From positions 242,679 through 306,678 of the forward strand of contig CAVZQM010000004.1 of the NCBI GenBank assembly GCA_963777495.1: a stretch of DNA of 64,000 bases. Direction: 5' to 3'. How positions within the stretch are numbered: position 1 is the first letter of the stretch; every line of letters begins with the position of its first letter. The DNA comes from an uncultured Actinomycetes bacterium. GTDB taxonomy: Bacteria; Actinomycetota; UBA4738; HRBIN12. Below the pieces are notes generated by a model. It saw nothing but the letters and a program-made list of their open reading frames with translations. It was not told where the DNA came from and ran no database searches. Shown here one piece after another: positions 22,588-32,052 of this stretch. Position numbers and translations under genes: made by a program.

Positions 22588-22714
22588 GGGTGACTCCTTT
22601 CGATCCTTCGCTTGGTTGGTGCGATCGTCGTGGTCCGCCCGCGCGTCCTCGCCGGTGTGCCCGCCGAGGGTCTGCCGCATCCCTCCTTCCTCCAGCGGGG
22701 CGGTACGCGCATGC

Positions 22715-22740
22715 TTCGCGGGCCCGGCGACGCTGGATCA
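22715..22740 (-). promoter_or_regulatory. putative SigK-type ECF promoter
   Basis: TGATCC-N16-CGAA upstream of the DUF4331 gene. Confidence 0.6.
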
Positions 22741-22785
22741 CTCCGGAGCGGGTTGCGGGTCGTGGCGATCGCGGAAGGAGCCGGA

Positions 22786-23496
22786 TCAGGGCGTGTTCGG
22801 CACGGCGACGTCGCTCGCCGGTGCGGGCAACGGCGTCGATGCCCGCAGGAAGCCCCAGAACATCACCGAGATGCCGACGAGGAGCGAGGCGGAGAACGGT
22901 GCCAGCTTGCCCGTCGCCGCGAACGCGGAGCCGAAGCCGGCGATGATGGTCGCCCCCAGGACGATGAGGAGCGTCCCCATGAACCGGTCCTTCAGCTCGG
23001 GCCGGCCGCGCATCCGCCACGCCGACCAGAGCGCGCCGACGACCAGGATCAGGTACGAGGGGATCGAGATCAGCTGTGGCAGCCGGTGGGCCGGCGTGCC
23101 GACCCCGAACACATGCTTCCCGGACGGAAGCTGCTGGGTGAGCGCGGCCGCGTCATAGGCCGCGCCGCGGACCACCGAGATCGAGTACGCGACCAGGAAC
23201 ACCAGGACCACGTCGATCGCGAGCTCGACGGTGCGGTTGCGGATCAGCAGCTGCAGCTCGCCCGCCGCGAGGAACGGGACGTTGAGGACGGCCCCGAACA
23301 ACCAGTACACCTCGAACTCCAGCCGGCCCCATCCGTTCAGTGCGCCGACCGCGACGGCGACCGACGCAGCCGCGTACATCAGGAGAGCGATCGCCCAGAG
23401 CAGCTGGTGGGACCGCCGCCGCGTGACGTACTGCCGGATGAGGAACGCGGCGAACACCGCCGCGACCGCTGCCGCCACCAGAGGGAAGATCCACAT
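22786..23496 (-). CDS. hypothetical polytopic membrane protein (~7 TM)
   Basis: multiple hydrophobic helices, intact ORF. Confidence 0.7.
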   Translation of the reverse strand: MWIFPLVAAAVAAVFAAFLIRQYVTRRRSHQLLWAIALLMYAAASVAVAVGALNGWGRLEFEVYWLFGAVLNVPFLAAGELQLLIRNRTVELAIDVVLVFLVAYSISVVRGAAYDAAALTQQLPSGKHVFGVGTPAHRLPQLISIPSYLILVVGALWSAWRMRGRPELKDRFMGTLLIVLGATIIAGFGSAFAATGKLAPFSASLLVGISVMFWGFLRASTPLPAPASDVAVPNTP

Positions 23497-23555
23497 GGCG
23501 GGGAGGATATCGGTCACCCTAGCCCCGCGAGCGACTCGCCCGTATGATGGATGGC

Positions 23556-24365
23556 ATGCCTTCCCCCAGGGTCCTGTTCTCGTCTGCCGCATTCTTCGCG
23601 CGGCCGTTGTCGGCGACGTTCCGTCTGCTGGCCGAGACCGGCTACGAGGGTGCCGAGGTGATGGTCACGAAAGACCCCTCGAGCCAGGACCCCGTCAGGA
23701 TGCACGCCCTCGCCGCCGAGCACGGCCTGACGATCGGCGCGATCCACGCCCCCTGTCTGCTGCTCACCCGCAGGGTGTGGGGAACGGACCCGATCGGCAA
23801 GGTGGAGCGAGCGATCGAGGTGGCGGCCGATGCCGACGTCCCGATGGTGGTCGTGCACCCGCCCTACCGGTGGCAACGCTCGTTCCGCCGCTGGCTCGAG
23901 GACCGACTCCCCGCGCTGAGGGCGGAGACCGGCGTGACGGTCGCGGTCGAGAACATGTTCCCGGTCCGGGTCGGGGGACGCGAGATGACGTTCCACGCGA
24001 ACCAGGACCTGGAGGACCTCGAGGGCCTTCCCGACCTGGTGCTGGACACCAGCCACGCAGCGGTCGCCGAGCACGACCTGGTCGACCTCCGTCGCCGGTT
24101 CGACGGCCGGATCCGGCACGTGCACCTGTCGGACAACGCCGGTAAGGGGTGGGACTCCCACCTCCCGCCGGGCGAAGGTATCTTGCCGCTGGGCTCGTTC
24201 CTGGACGACCTGGTCAGGAGCGAGTATGAAGGCGCCGTTTCGCTCGAGGTCGACCTGCGCCGCTACCTGACCGATCCCGACCAGCTGCGCGCGATCATGA
24301 TCCGGATGCGTGAGGGTGTGGAGCAACGCCTCGCCGTGCCGCTCGACCGGCGCCGCGCCGGCTAA
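23556..24365 (+). CDS. sugar phosphate isomerase/epimerase (xylose isomerase-like TIM barrel)
   Basis: AIHAP, VVVHPP, VAVENMFP, LDTSH, HVHLSD, HLPPGEG, SLEV. Confidence 0.88.
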   Translation: MPSPRVLFSSAAFFARPLSATFRLLAETGYEGAEVMVTKDPSSQDPVRMHALAAEHGLTIGAIHAPCLLLTRRVWGTDPIGKVERAIEVAADADVPMVVVHPPYRWQRSFRRWLEDRLPALRAETGVTVAVENMFPVRVGGREMTFHANQDLEDLEGLPDLVLDTSHAAVAEHDLVDLRRRFDGRIRHVHLSDNAGKGWDSHLPPGEGILPLGSFLDDLVRSEYEGAVSLEVDLRRYLTDPDQLRAIMIRMREGVEQRLAVPLDRRRAG

Positions 24366-24386
24366 CGGCCACGAGCCCGGACGAGC

Positions 24387-24545
24387 ATGCGCAGGCCGAC
24401 GTTCATCATCCTGATCGTCCTGTTCCTGCTCCTGCTCGGAGCGGGGCTCGCGCAGTTCCTGATCGCGTCCGGTGACGGCGAGCCTCTCGAAGGCCCGACG
24501 AGCCCGGGGCAGCTCCCGAGCCTGTCGGTGAGCCCGACGCCCTGA
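24387..24545 (+). CDS. 52-aa membrane-anchored hypothetical peptide
   Basis: MRRPTFIILIVLFLLLLGAGLAQFLIASG... with GC-biased codons. Confidence 0.55.
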   Translation: MRRPTFIILIVLFLLLLGAGLAQFLIASGDGEPLEGPTSPGQLPSLSVSPTP

Positions 24546-24567
24546 GCCGTCGTTCGTCCCCGATGTG

Positions 24568-25353
24568 CTACTCGAGGACGACGGTCTTGCCCACGGACAG
24601 GCCCAGGGTCTCGGCAGCGCTCCCCTGATTGACGACCAGGGCGAGTTGCGCCTGCGAGTCGATGATCGCCGCGAGCGTGCCCAGCGGAACGTCGGCGAAG
24701 ATGCCGACGCGCGGGATCGTCCGTCCGCGGATCGTCAGCACCGGTCCGATACCTGCCGCCTCGAGGTCGTCGGGGCCGACGTTCAGCTGCACGTTGCCGA
24801 ACCCGTCGACCCCGGTCACACGCGCGCCGATCGCGCCCGCCGCCACCATGGGCGCCGGGAGCTCCAGCACGCGGAGGTGCGCAACGTCGAGCGAAGGACC
24901 GAGCGCGTCGAGCGGCATCCCCTCCGCCAGATGGGCCGCGGCCGGCGCGAAGACGTCCCGTCCGTGGAACGTGCGTGACACCGGTTGGAGCACCACGTCG
25001 TCGGAGGTGACCTCGACCGCCTCATCCGCCCCGCCCAGCGCCTCCCATGCCAGTGACAGCAGCCCGTTGTCTGGTCCGACCAGCAGCGCGCCCGACCCGG
25101 CCCGGACGGCGATCGCGCCACGACCCGATCCGACGCCGGGATCGACGACCGCCACGTAGACGGCTTCGACGGGCATGTAGGACGTCGCTCGTCCGAGCGT
25201 GAGCGCGCCGTGCATCACGTCCTGGCGCGGAACCGCGTGCGTGAGATCGATCACCCGGACATCGGGGACGATCCCCACCATCACACCGTGGCACACACCG
25301 ACGAACTCATCGGTCATCCCGTAGTCGGTCAGGAACACGATGGGTCGGGTCAT
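24568..25353 (-). CDS. SAM hydroxide adenosyltransferase (DUF62, SAM hydrolase)
   Basis: IVFLTDYG, VVDPGVGSGR, GPDNG, TFHGRDVFAP, DGFGN. Confidence 0.92.
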   Translation of the reverse strand: MTRPIVFLTDYGMTDEFVGVCHGVMVGIVPDVRVIDLTHAVPRQDVMHGALTLGRATSYMPVEAVYVAVVDPGVGSGRGAIAVRAGSGALLVGPDNGLLSLAWEALGGADEAVEVTSDDVVLQPVSRTFHGRDVFAPAAAHLAEGMPLDALGPSLDVAHLRVLELPAPMVAAGAIGARVTGVDGFGNVQLNVGPDDLEAAGIGPVLTIRGRTIPRVGIFADVPLGTLAAIIDSQAQLALVVNQGSAAETLGLSVGKTVVLE

Positions 25354-26120
25354 GTGACCGACACGTGCTGGCCGAGCCAGCCGACGATGAGGTTCCTGGC
25401 GATCTCCGCCTGGTTCCCTTCGAGGATGTCGGTCCCGTGGTCGTCCGTCGTCAGGATCTCGACGCGTTTGGGCTGCAACGTCTCGTCGTAGAACGCCGTC
25501 GCCGTCGCGGCGGCCGTCGCGTCCACGTTCCCGGCCAGGAACAGCTTGGCGGCGGTCACCGTCTGCATCACGTCGGGACCGGCCTTGAGCCCGTCGATGG
25601 CGGCGGGCGCTGACAACGTCACCACCGCGTCGATGTCCGATCCGTCCTGCGCCGCGAAGACCAGGGATGCCGTCCCACCCATGCTGGCACCGACGAGCCC
25701 GATCCGGCGGACGCCCTCGCTCCGCAGCAGCCCCACGGCTCCGCCCACGTCCTGCCAGATCGCGGAGGCTTCCATCTCGCCCTCGGAGCACCCGGCGTCG
25801 CCGCCGGGACAGAAGCCGCGGAAGTCGAACGTCAACGTGCGGTACCCCAGCTCGCCCAGCTGGTGGGCGAAGTCGAACCACGAGCTCTGGTCCGCCGGCA
25901 GCATGTGGGCCAGGACGATCCCCGCCGTCGCGCCCTCGGGACCGAACATGCGGCCCTCGAGTTGCACGCCGTCGGTCGACTCGAACGACACCGCCGTTGA
26001 GTCGGCCAGCGCCTCCTCTCGGATCGCCTCGGCCTGGTTGCACGACGCAAGCGTGAGGAGGGCGGCAACGGCCAACGAGCCGATCGGGAGACCGAGCCTG
26101 AGGCGAGCCGGTTGGCGCAC
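25350..26120 (-). CDS. alpha/beta hydrolase lipoprotein
   Basis: lipobox LASC, FDFRG, GASMGG nucleophile elbow, HGTD. Confidence 0.85.
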   Translation of the reverse strand: MRQPARLRLGLPIGSLAVAALLTLASCNQAEAIREEALADSTAVSFESTDGVQLEGRMFGPEGATAGIVLAHMLPADQSSWFDFAHQLGELGYRTLTFDFRGFCPGGDAGCSEGEMEASAIWQDVGGAVGLLRSEGVRRIGLVGASMGGTASLVFAAQDGSDIDAVVTLSAPAAIDGLKAGPDVMQTVTAAKLFLAGNVDATAAATATAFYDETLQPKRVEILTTDDHGTDILEGNQAEIARNLIVGWLGQHVSVT

Positions 26121-26142
26121 GGGTCACGGACCTCGAAGCGGG

Positions 26143-26244
26143 CTACTTGCCCAGCTTCATCCGCTGGTGGCGCGTCCGCTTCAGAAGCTTCTTGTGCTTC
26201 TTCTTCCGCATCTTCTTGCGGCGCTTCTTGATCAGCGACGGCAA
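26143..26244 (-). CDS. 30S ribosomal protein bS22 (DUF1713/AURKAIP1-COX24 family)
   Basis: MPSLIKKRRKKMRKKKHKKLLKRTRHQRMKLGK*, not in the ORF track; GAGG RBS. Confidence 0.92.
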   Translation of the reverse strand: MPSLIKKRRKKMRKKKHKKLLKRTRHQRMKLGK

Positions 26245-26266
26245 GCGTTCCTCACTCTCGGTCGAC

Positions 26267-27157
26267 TCACTCGGTTCCGAACAGGTTCCGGAGGTCGACG
26301 CGCTTGGCGCGGTAGCTCTCCTCCAGACGGACGGACCCCAGTCTAAGGGCCTTGGGAGGATCTGCCACCGGCGATATCAGCCGCAACGCCCCGTCCTCGG
26401 ACACGAACTCCAGGTAGCCCACCCCGGTGTATGCCCCCTGGCCGTCGGACAGCCCGACCAGCAGGCGATCCAGCTGCGCCAGGTCGAACAGCGGTGGGAG
26501 GCTGGGCATGAAGACCGTGGGACGGATCCGGAAGCGGTTCAGCTCGCCCCGGAAGTAGCGGGCCATGGCCTGCTGTCGGTGCTCGGCGCGCTGTTCCACG
26601 CTCGTGGGCACGACCGACGGATGCACGCCCACGGACACGACGTCGACGCTGAAGAACCGCTCGATCACGCCCAGGACGGGCGCCAGCTCCTCGCCGCGCT
26701 GCAGTCCCACGACCAGGTCGGGCTGGAGCAGCTCCACCTTGTGGTACTTCACGAGCTGACCGTAGATCCCCGACACCATCCCGCTGGTGTCGACGACGAC
26801 CAGATCGGTGCCTTCGGCGAGCGCCAGATCGTGCAGTCTCGCGATGCCGGTCACGAGTGGTAGCAGGTGTCCCTGCGGTGAGAGCGAGCCGACGAACGAC
26901 AACGCGTCGGCGTCGGCGAGCCGATCGAGGGTCAGGTCGTCGGCCGAGGCCAGCCGCTTCATGGCGACCGTGCCCGGCGGGCCGACCGTCTTCTGCCCCA
27001 GGTCGCCGTCGATGTAGACGACCGAACGCCCGAGCGTGAGCGCGTAGGCCGAGACGGCGCGCGCCAGGGTGCTCTTGCCCGCGTCGAGCCCCCCCACGAA
27101 CAGGACCGTGTGGGCGTCGCGCGCGGCTCGGTCGACGAGCCGGTCGTGCTCGTTCAC
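26267..27157 (-). CDS. Clp1/Grc3-like polynucleotide 5'-hydroxyl kinase (P-loop)
   Basis: Walker A GGLDAGKST, IDGDLGQKTVGPPG, VVDTSG, lid R...R...YF. Confidence 0.85.
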   Translation of the reverse strand: MNEHDRLVDRAARDAHTVLFVGGLDAGKSTLARAVSAYALTLGRSVVYIDGDLGQKTVGPPGTVAMKRLASADDLTLDRLADADALSFVGSLSPQGHLLPLVTGIARLHDLALAEGTDLVVVDTSGMVSGIYGQLVKYHKVELLQPDLVVGLQRGEELAPVLGVIERFFSVDVVSVGVHPSVVPTSVEQRAEHRQQAMARYFRGELNRFRIRPTVFMPSLPPLFDLAQLDRLLVGLSDGQGAYTGVGYLEFVSEDGALRLISPVADPPKALRLGSVRLEESYRAKRVDLRNLFGTE

Positions 27158-27220
27158 GGACCCCCCTCCGTCGATGCACGGAGGTTCGGCGCCGCGTGAT
27201 ACGCGAGAGCGCTCTGCCGG

Positions 27221-27418
27221 TTATCCGGCCTCGGTGTAGCGCTCGGTCAGGTAGCTATCGATGTCTTCCTCACGGAGCCGATAGCCCCTTCCCACCCTGA
27301 AGGCGGACATCTCCCCTGTCTTGATCAGCCGGTAGACGGTCATCCTGGATACGCGCAAGAGGTCAGCGACCTCGTTCACGGTCAACAGCCGAGCCTCGGT
27401 GAATGGTTCTCTCTTCAC
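27221..27418 (-). CDS. HTH_17 (excisionase-like) DNA-binding protein
   Basis: LLTVNEVADLLRVSRMTVYRLI...RVGRGYR; conserved actinobacterial neighbour of bS22. Confidence 0.9.
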   Translation of the reverse strand: MKREPFTEARLLTVNEVADLLRVSRMTVYRLIKTGEMSAFRVGRGYRLREEDIDSYLTERYTEAG

Positions 27419-27471
27419 GATGGGCGGATTGTAGGTGACAGGTGCCCTGGCGGGATAGCCCTCCCTTGTGC

Positions 27472-28314
27472 CTACCCGGTGACCTGCGGGAACGCCGACG
27501 CGGCCGCCTGGAAGCAGGGCCAGTAGGCATCCGCGGAGACGTGGTCGTCCATCACGACGACCACGTCCGTGCGGCCCTGGGCCTTGGCCACGAGCAGGGC
27601 CGGGTCGTTCACATCCGCGACCGACACGGTGTCCACGCCCGCCTCGATGGCCGCGCCCGCGAACCCGTGGTCGGCCAGGACCAGGTCCGGGCGCTCGGCC
27701 GCCAACATCAGGCGCATGGCGTCCGGCCGGTGCGTGTGGCGGGGCACGCGGCCGTCGGTCTGCATACCCACGCCCGAGAGGTATCCGATGGACCAGTCGT
27801 GATCGAGCCGCGCGTCGCGCCATGAGGTACCGTCACCCGGTTTGATCACGCGACCCCCGTGGGCCAGGAACAGTCGCTCCAGTTCGCGGTAGAGCAGATC
27901 CAGTCCGCCGGGGTGACCGGTGGCGATCAGCAGGCGCTCGCCGCCTGCGGCGGCGAGCGCCAACCGCCGGCCGAGGGCTTCACACGCGACCAGGATGGGT
28001 TCGGCCGCGATCAGCACGTCGCCGAGATCCTCGAGGGGATCGATCCGCGCACCCGCACCCTCGGAGACCAGGTCGAGGACGTCCTGCAGGACCAGGCCAT
28101 CCTGCAGGCCCGTGAGGCCGAACTGCTTGTCGGGGTCGCCCTGCAGCAGGAGGCGGGCGTTCCCACGGACGTTGTCGAGCGGGTGGGTCGCGACGCCGGC
28201 GACGCGACCCTCCTCCAGCGCGCGGACGAGTTGCTCACGCGGGTACGGTCGGGGGGTGAAGCGGTCGTCGACGACCGGCAGACGCCGGGCATGGGCTTCG
28301 ATAACGTCCATCAC
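27472..28314 (-). CDS. actinobacterial 'phosphatase' family protein
   Basis: GVATH.LDN, ATGHPGG, HTHRPDAM, PDLVLADHGFAGAA, ADVNDPAL. Confidence 0.75.
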   Translation of the reverse strand: MMDVIEAHARRLPVVDDRFTPRPYPREQLVRALEEGRVAGVATHPLDNVRGNARLLLQGDPDKQFGLTGLQDGLVLQDVLDLVSEGAGARIDPLEDLGDVLIAAEPILVACEALGRRLALAAAGGERLLIATGHPGGLDLLYRELERLFLAHGGRVIKPGDGTSWRDARLDHDWSIGYLSGVGMQTDGRVPRHTHRPDAMRLMLAAERPDLVLADHGFAGAAIEAGVDTVSVADVNDPALLVAKAQGRTDVVVVMDDHVSADAYWPCFQAAASAFPQVTG

Positions 28315-28334
28315 TCAAGGGTAGAGGAGCAGGT

Positions 28335-29129
28335 ATGCAACTGAAGGGCGCCGTCGCCGTGGTGACCGGAGCGTCGTCCGGCATCGGCGAAGCGGTCGCG
28401 GTGGCGCTCGCACAACGAGGCGCCAAGGTCGTGCTGGCCGCGCGCCGCAAGGAACGGCTCGACGTCCTCGCCGATCGGATCGAGCGGGCGGGCGGCACCG
28501 CCCTCGCGGTCCGCTGCGACGTGACCGATCGCGAGCGACTGACCGCGTTGCCCGCGGTCGTGGAGGAGGCGTTCGGGCGCTGCGACGTCCTGGTGAACAA
28601 CGCCGGGGTTCCCGGTGGGGGGGTGTTCGCGAAGCTCACGTACGAGCAGATCGAGGACATCATCAAGGTGAACGTTCTCGGCGTGATGAACGGGACCCGG
28701 GCGTTCCTGCCGGGGATGCTGCAACGGGGACACGGCCACGTCGTGAACGTGGCGTCCCTCGCCGGACGGTTCGCCACGCCTGGCGCCGCCGTCTACGGCG
28801 CGTCGAAGCACGCGGTGGTCGCGTTCTCGGAATCCCTGTTCTACGAGGTGGAGCACCAGGGCGTCCTCGTGACGGCCGTCAATCCCGGGTTCGTTCGGAC
28901 CGAGGGCTTCCCGCTGGTGGGCATGGACCCTCGGATGATCCTCACCTTGGACAAGGTGGCGGGGGCGGTCGTGCGCGTGGTGCGCAAGGACATCGCCCCG
29001 GAGCTTTCCGTCCCTCGATACATCAGCCCGTTGCAGGCCTTCCGCGTGCTGACGCCTCCGCTGTACCGTTGGGGGGTGCGCAAGGGCCGCGACATGGGCC
29101 TCAAGGGAACGGAAGCGGCGGACGGATGA
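28335..29129 (+). CDS. short-chain dehydrogenase/reductase
   Basis: TGASSGIG, NNAG, YGASK. Confidence 0.92.
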   Translation: MQLKGAVAVVTGASSGIGEAVAVALAQRGAKVVLAARRKERLDVLADRIERAGGTALAVRCDVTDRERLTALPAVVEEAFGRCDVLVNNAGVPGGGVFAKLTYEQIEDIIKVNVLGVMNGTRAFLPGMLQRGHGHVVNVASLAGRFATPGAAVYGASKHAVVAFSESLFYEVEHQGVLVTAVNPGFVRTEGFPLVGMDPRMILTLDKVAGAVVRVVRKDIAPELSVPRYISPLQAFRVLTPPLYRWGVRKGRDMGLKGTEAADG

Positions 29130-29605
29130 CGCCAGGGACCACGGGAGAGGTCGCGTTCAACGGCGAACTGCTCGCGGCGCGGGGCGGCGGCCACGCGATC
29201 GCGGTTGACGCCACCGCTGCGGCGTCCATCGGCGCGAAGCACATGTCGCGCGTGTCCGGCACGTTGAACGGACGTCAGTTCCGCAGCAACCTGGTGACGA
29301 TGGGCGGCGCCTGGTTCCTGGGCGTGCACAAGGCGAACGTCGACGCCGCCGGCCTCGCATCCGGCGACACGGTCACCGTCGTGATGACGCTCGACACGGC
29401 GGCGCGCGGCGACGACAAGGAGCCGGAGATCCTCGCGGAGGCGTTGGAGCACGACGCGCTCGCCGCGGCGACATGGAAACACCTGGCGCCGTCGCACCGT
29501 CGCGAGTACGTGGGGTACATCAAGGAGGCGAAGAGGCCGGAGACCCGCGCGCGGCGGGTGAAGCGCACGATCGACGAGCTCGCGGGCCGCAACCCGAAGG
29601 CATGA
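29126..29605 (+). CDS. DUF1905 plus YdeI/OmdA-associated domain protein
   Basis: [33 protein letters not shown]. Confidence 0.85.
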   Translation: MTPGTTGEVAFNGELLAARGGGHAIAVDATAAASIGAKHMSRVSGTLNGRQFRSNLVTMGGAWFLGVHKANVDAAGLASGDTVTVVMTLDTAARGDDKEPEILAEALEHDALAAATWKHLAPSHRREYVGYIKEAKRPETRARRVKRTIDELAGRNPKA

Positions 29606-29910
29606 GCATCTCCGTCGAGACGACCACGGCTCCCACCAGGATCGACCGCCCTGCGAGCGACGACGTCCCGGCGCCCGACCCGCCGTGGGTCGTCATCGTC
29701 TGGAACGACCCCGTCAACCTGATGACGTACGTGACGTGGGTCCTGCAGAAGCTCTTCGGGTACCCCCGCGCGAAGGCCGAGAAGCTGATGATGGACGTCC
29801 ACCTGAAGGGCAAAGCCGTCGTGTCGAACGGCACGCGCGAGAAGGCGGAGTTCGACGTCGCGCGCCTGCACGCGCACGGGCTGTGGGCCACGATGCAGAA
29901 GGACGCCTGA
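29602..29910 (+). CDS. clpS: ATP-dependent Clp protease adaptor ClpS
   Basis: [17 protein letters not shown]...VHLKGKAVV. Confidence 0.95.
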   Translation: MSISVETTTAPTRIDRPASDDVPAPDPPWVVIVWNDPVNLMTYVTWVLQKLFGYPRAKAEKLMMDVHLKGKAVVSNGTREKAEFDVARLHAHGLWATMQKDA

Positions 29911-29914
29911 CGGC

Positions 29915-30394
29915 GTGGCGCGTGGCGGACCGTTCAAACCCGCACGACGGGGTGGGTTCGAACTCCGGCTCGAGCCGGCGGAACGAGACATCCTGCGCGG
30001 GCTCCCGGACCAGCTCCGGAGCCTGATCGAGAACGAGGATCCGACCAGCGACCCGGCGATGGCACGGCTCTATCCGCCCGCCTACCAGGACGATCCCATC
30101 CGCAACCTGGAGTTCGAACGTCTGGCCGGCGACGACCTCACGTCGCAGCGGCTCGCCGCCATCGCCACGATGGAGTCGTCGATCGACGCGGAACGCCTCA
30201 CCCAGGAGCAGCTCGTGTCGTGGCTGGGCGTCTTGAACGATCTGCGCCTGGTGCTGGGGGTCCGCCTGGAGATCACGGAGGAGACGACGGAGGACGACGT
30301 TCCCGCCGACGATCCGCGCGCGACGTCGTACGGACTCTACGGCTACCTCACGTGGCTGGTGGGATGGATCGTCGAGGTGCTCGAACCCGTCTAG
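29915..30394 (+). CDS. DUF2017 family protein
   Basis: DPAMARLYPPAY, WLGVLNDLRLVLGVRL; follows clpS. Confidence 0.88.
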   Translation: MARGGPFKPARRGGFELRLEPAERDILRGLPDQLRSLIENEDPTSDPAMARLYPPAYQDDPIRNLEFERLAGDDLTSQRLAAIATMESSIDAERLTQEQLVSWLGVLNDLRLVLGVRLEITEETTEDDVPADDPRATSYGLYGYLTWLVGWIVEVLEPV

Positions 30395-30591
30395 TCCGTC
30401 TCCGAAGACGTGGCCTTCGGCCGCTTACGGAACAGGCGGGTGAAGAAGCCGGGCCGAGGAGCGTCGTGCGACTGCCGCTCTTCATCGGCCTCATGCCGCT
30501 GCGCCTCCTCCCGCAACTCCTGCTCGTTGATGCGCGGAGTGGGCTCGCCGAACGGCCGACCCGGGCCTTGCGTGGGCGGGAAATACGTCAC
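30391..30591 (-). CDS. small hypothetical protein
   Basis: 66-aa ORF with a -10 TAGGCT 6 nt upstream (leaderless). Confidence 0.5.
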   Translation of the reverse strand: MTYFPPTQGPGRPFGEPTPRINEQELREEAQRHEADEERQSHDAPRPGFFTRLFRKRPKATSSETD

Positions 30592-30636
30592 CCCGGCAGC
30601 CTACGACGCCATCGTCGGGGCGGACCGAGGCGTTCG

Positions 30637-32052
30637 TCAGCGGACGGGCGAACCGACCCGGTGGACCTTGAGCATGTTGGTGGTGGTCTTCCCCGCCGGG
30701 GAAGCGGCGGCCATGACGACGGCGTCGCCGGGGCCGGCCAGCCCGAAGGCCTGGAGCCCCTCGTCCATCAGCGCGATCATCTCGTCGGTATCGGCAGGCT
30801 TGCGCGCCGGCAACGGGATCACCCCCCACAGGATGGTGTTGGCGCGACGAACCCGTTCGTCCGGGATGAACGCGTACACGGGGCAGCCCGGGCGCTCGGC
30901 GGAGAGCAACCGCGCGGTCCGCCCCGTCTCCGTGTAACACGTGACCGCGACGACGTCGCGATCCTCGTTCGCGACCGCCGCGGCGGCATGGGCGACGGCC
31001 GGACCTTCGCCGGCGTGACGGCACGCGGGCTGCGCCGCCCGGTACTCCGCGCCGCGTGACTCGACGGCGGTCGCGATCCGGGTGGCCGCCGCGGCGGCCT
31101 CGAACGGGAACCGGCCGATCGCGGTCTCGCCGGACAGCATGATGCCGTCGGCTCCGTCCAGGACGGCGTTCGCGACGTCGGTCGCCTCCGCGCGCGTCGG
31201 CCGCGGCGCGCGGATCATCGACTCGAGCATCTGCGTGGCGACGATCACCGGCCGCGACGCGGCACGGGCCGCGCGCAACAGGTCCTTCTGGAGGAGCGGG
31301 ATCTCCTCCATCGGCAGCTCGACGCCGAGGTCGCCCCGCGCGACCATCAACGCGTCCGTCACGCGCAGGATCTTCACGATGTCCTCGACGGCGGGCTTGG
31401 TCTCGATCTTGGCCACGATCGGGACGGCACGATCCTCCATCAAGGCCCGCAGTTGCTTGATGTCGTCGGGGCCGCGGACGAACGATTGCGCCACCAGGTC
31501 GACGCCGAGATCGAGCGCACGGGTGAGCCCTTCGCGGTCGCGATCGGTGACCGCCGGCAGGCGCAACCGTTCCGCAGGGACGTTGACGCCCTGTCCGGAC
31601 CGGATCGTGCCGCCGCGCACGCACTCCGTCCGCACGGCCGAGCCCTCGATCGCCGTGACGGTCAGCTCGACCGCCCCATCGGCGAGCAGGATGCGGTCGC
31701 CCACCTCGAGGTCATCGGCCAGGCCCTCGTAGGTCGTGGCCGCTCCCGGATCGCGGCTCTCTCCGTCCGGACGAAGCACGAACGCCTGGCCGGGCGCGAG
31801 CTTCCACGGGTCCGGCTGGAGCGTGCCCAGACGGACCTTCGGGCCGGGCAGGTCGGCCATGACGGCCAGCGCCCGGTCGCCCTTGGCCTCGACGGAGCGG
31901 ACGAGCTCGACCGCCCGCGCGTGGTCGGCCGGCCGCCCATGGGAGAAGTTGATCCGGAAGATCGTCGCGCCCGCCGTCACGAGACCGCGGATGAACTTCG
32001 GCGTGTTCGTCGCGGGACCGAGCGTGCACACGAGCTTGGTCCGGGTGCTCAC
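30637..32052 (-). CDS. pyk: pyruvate kinase
   Basis: TKLVCTLGPA, RINFSHG, DLPGPKVR, AKIE, MVARGDLGVE, ATQMLESM, MLSGETA. Confidence 0.97.
   Translation of the reverse strand: MSTRTKLVCTLGPATNTPKFIRGLVTAGATIFRINFSHGRPADHARAVELVRSVEAKGDRALAVMADLPGPKVRLGTLQPDPWKLAPGQAFVLRPDGESRDPGAATTYEGLADDLEVGDRILLADGAVELTVTAIEGSAVRTECVRGGTIRSGQGVNVPAERLRLPAVTDRDREGLTRALDLGVDLVAQSFVRGPDDIKQLRALMEDRAVPIVAKIETKPAVEDIVKILRVTDALMVARGDLGVELPMEEIPLLQKDLLRAARAASRPVIVATQMLESMIRAPRPTRAEATDVANAVLDGADGIMLSGETAIGRFPFEAAAAATRIATAVESRGAEYRAAQPACRHAGEGPAVAHAAAAVANEDRDVVAVTCYTETGRTARLLSAERPGCPVYAFIPDERVRRANTILWGVIPLPARKPADTDEMIALMDEGLQAFGLAGPGDAVVMAAASPAGKTTTNMLKVHRVGSPVR

Noticed and set aside
24568-25353. Fluorinase/chlorinase
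   Set aside because: Has the DUF62 Asp-Arg-His residues (VDPGVG..R, TFHGRD) of SAM hydrolases, and no halometabolite cluster is nearby
27221-27418. Excisionase as a sign of a prophage or ICE
   Set aside because: No integrase or att site; it is the conserved chromosomal HTH gene next to bS22
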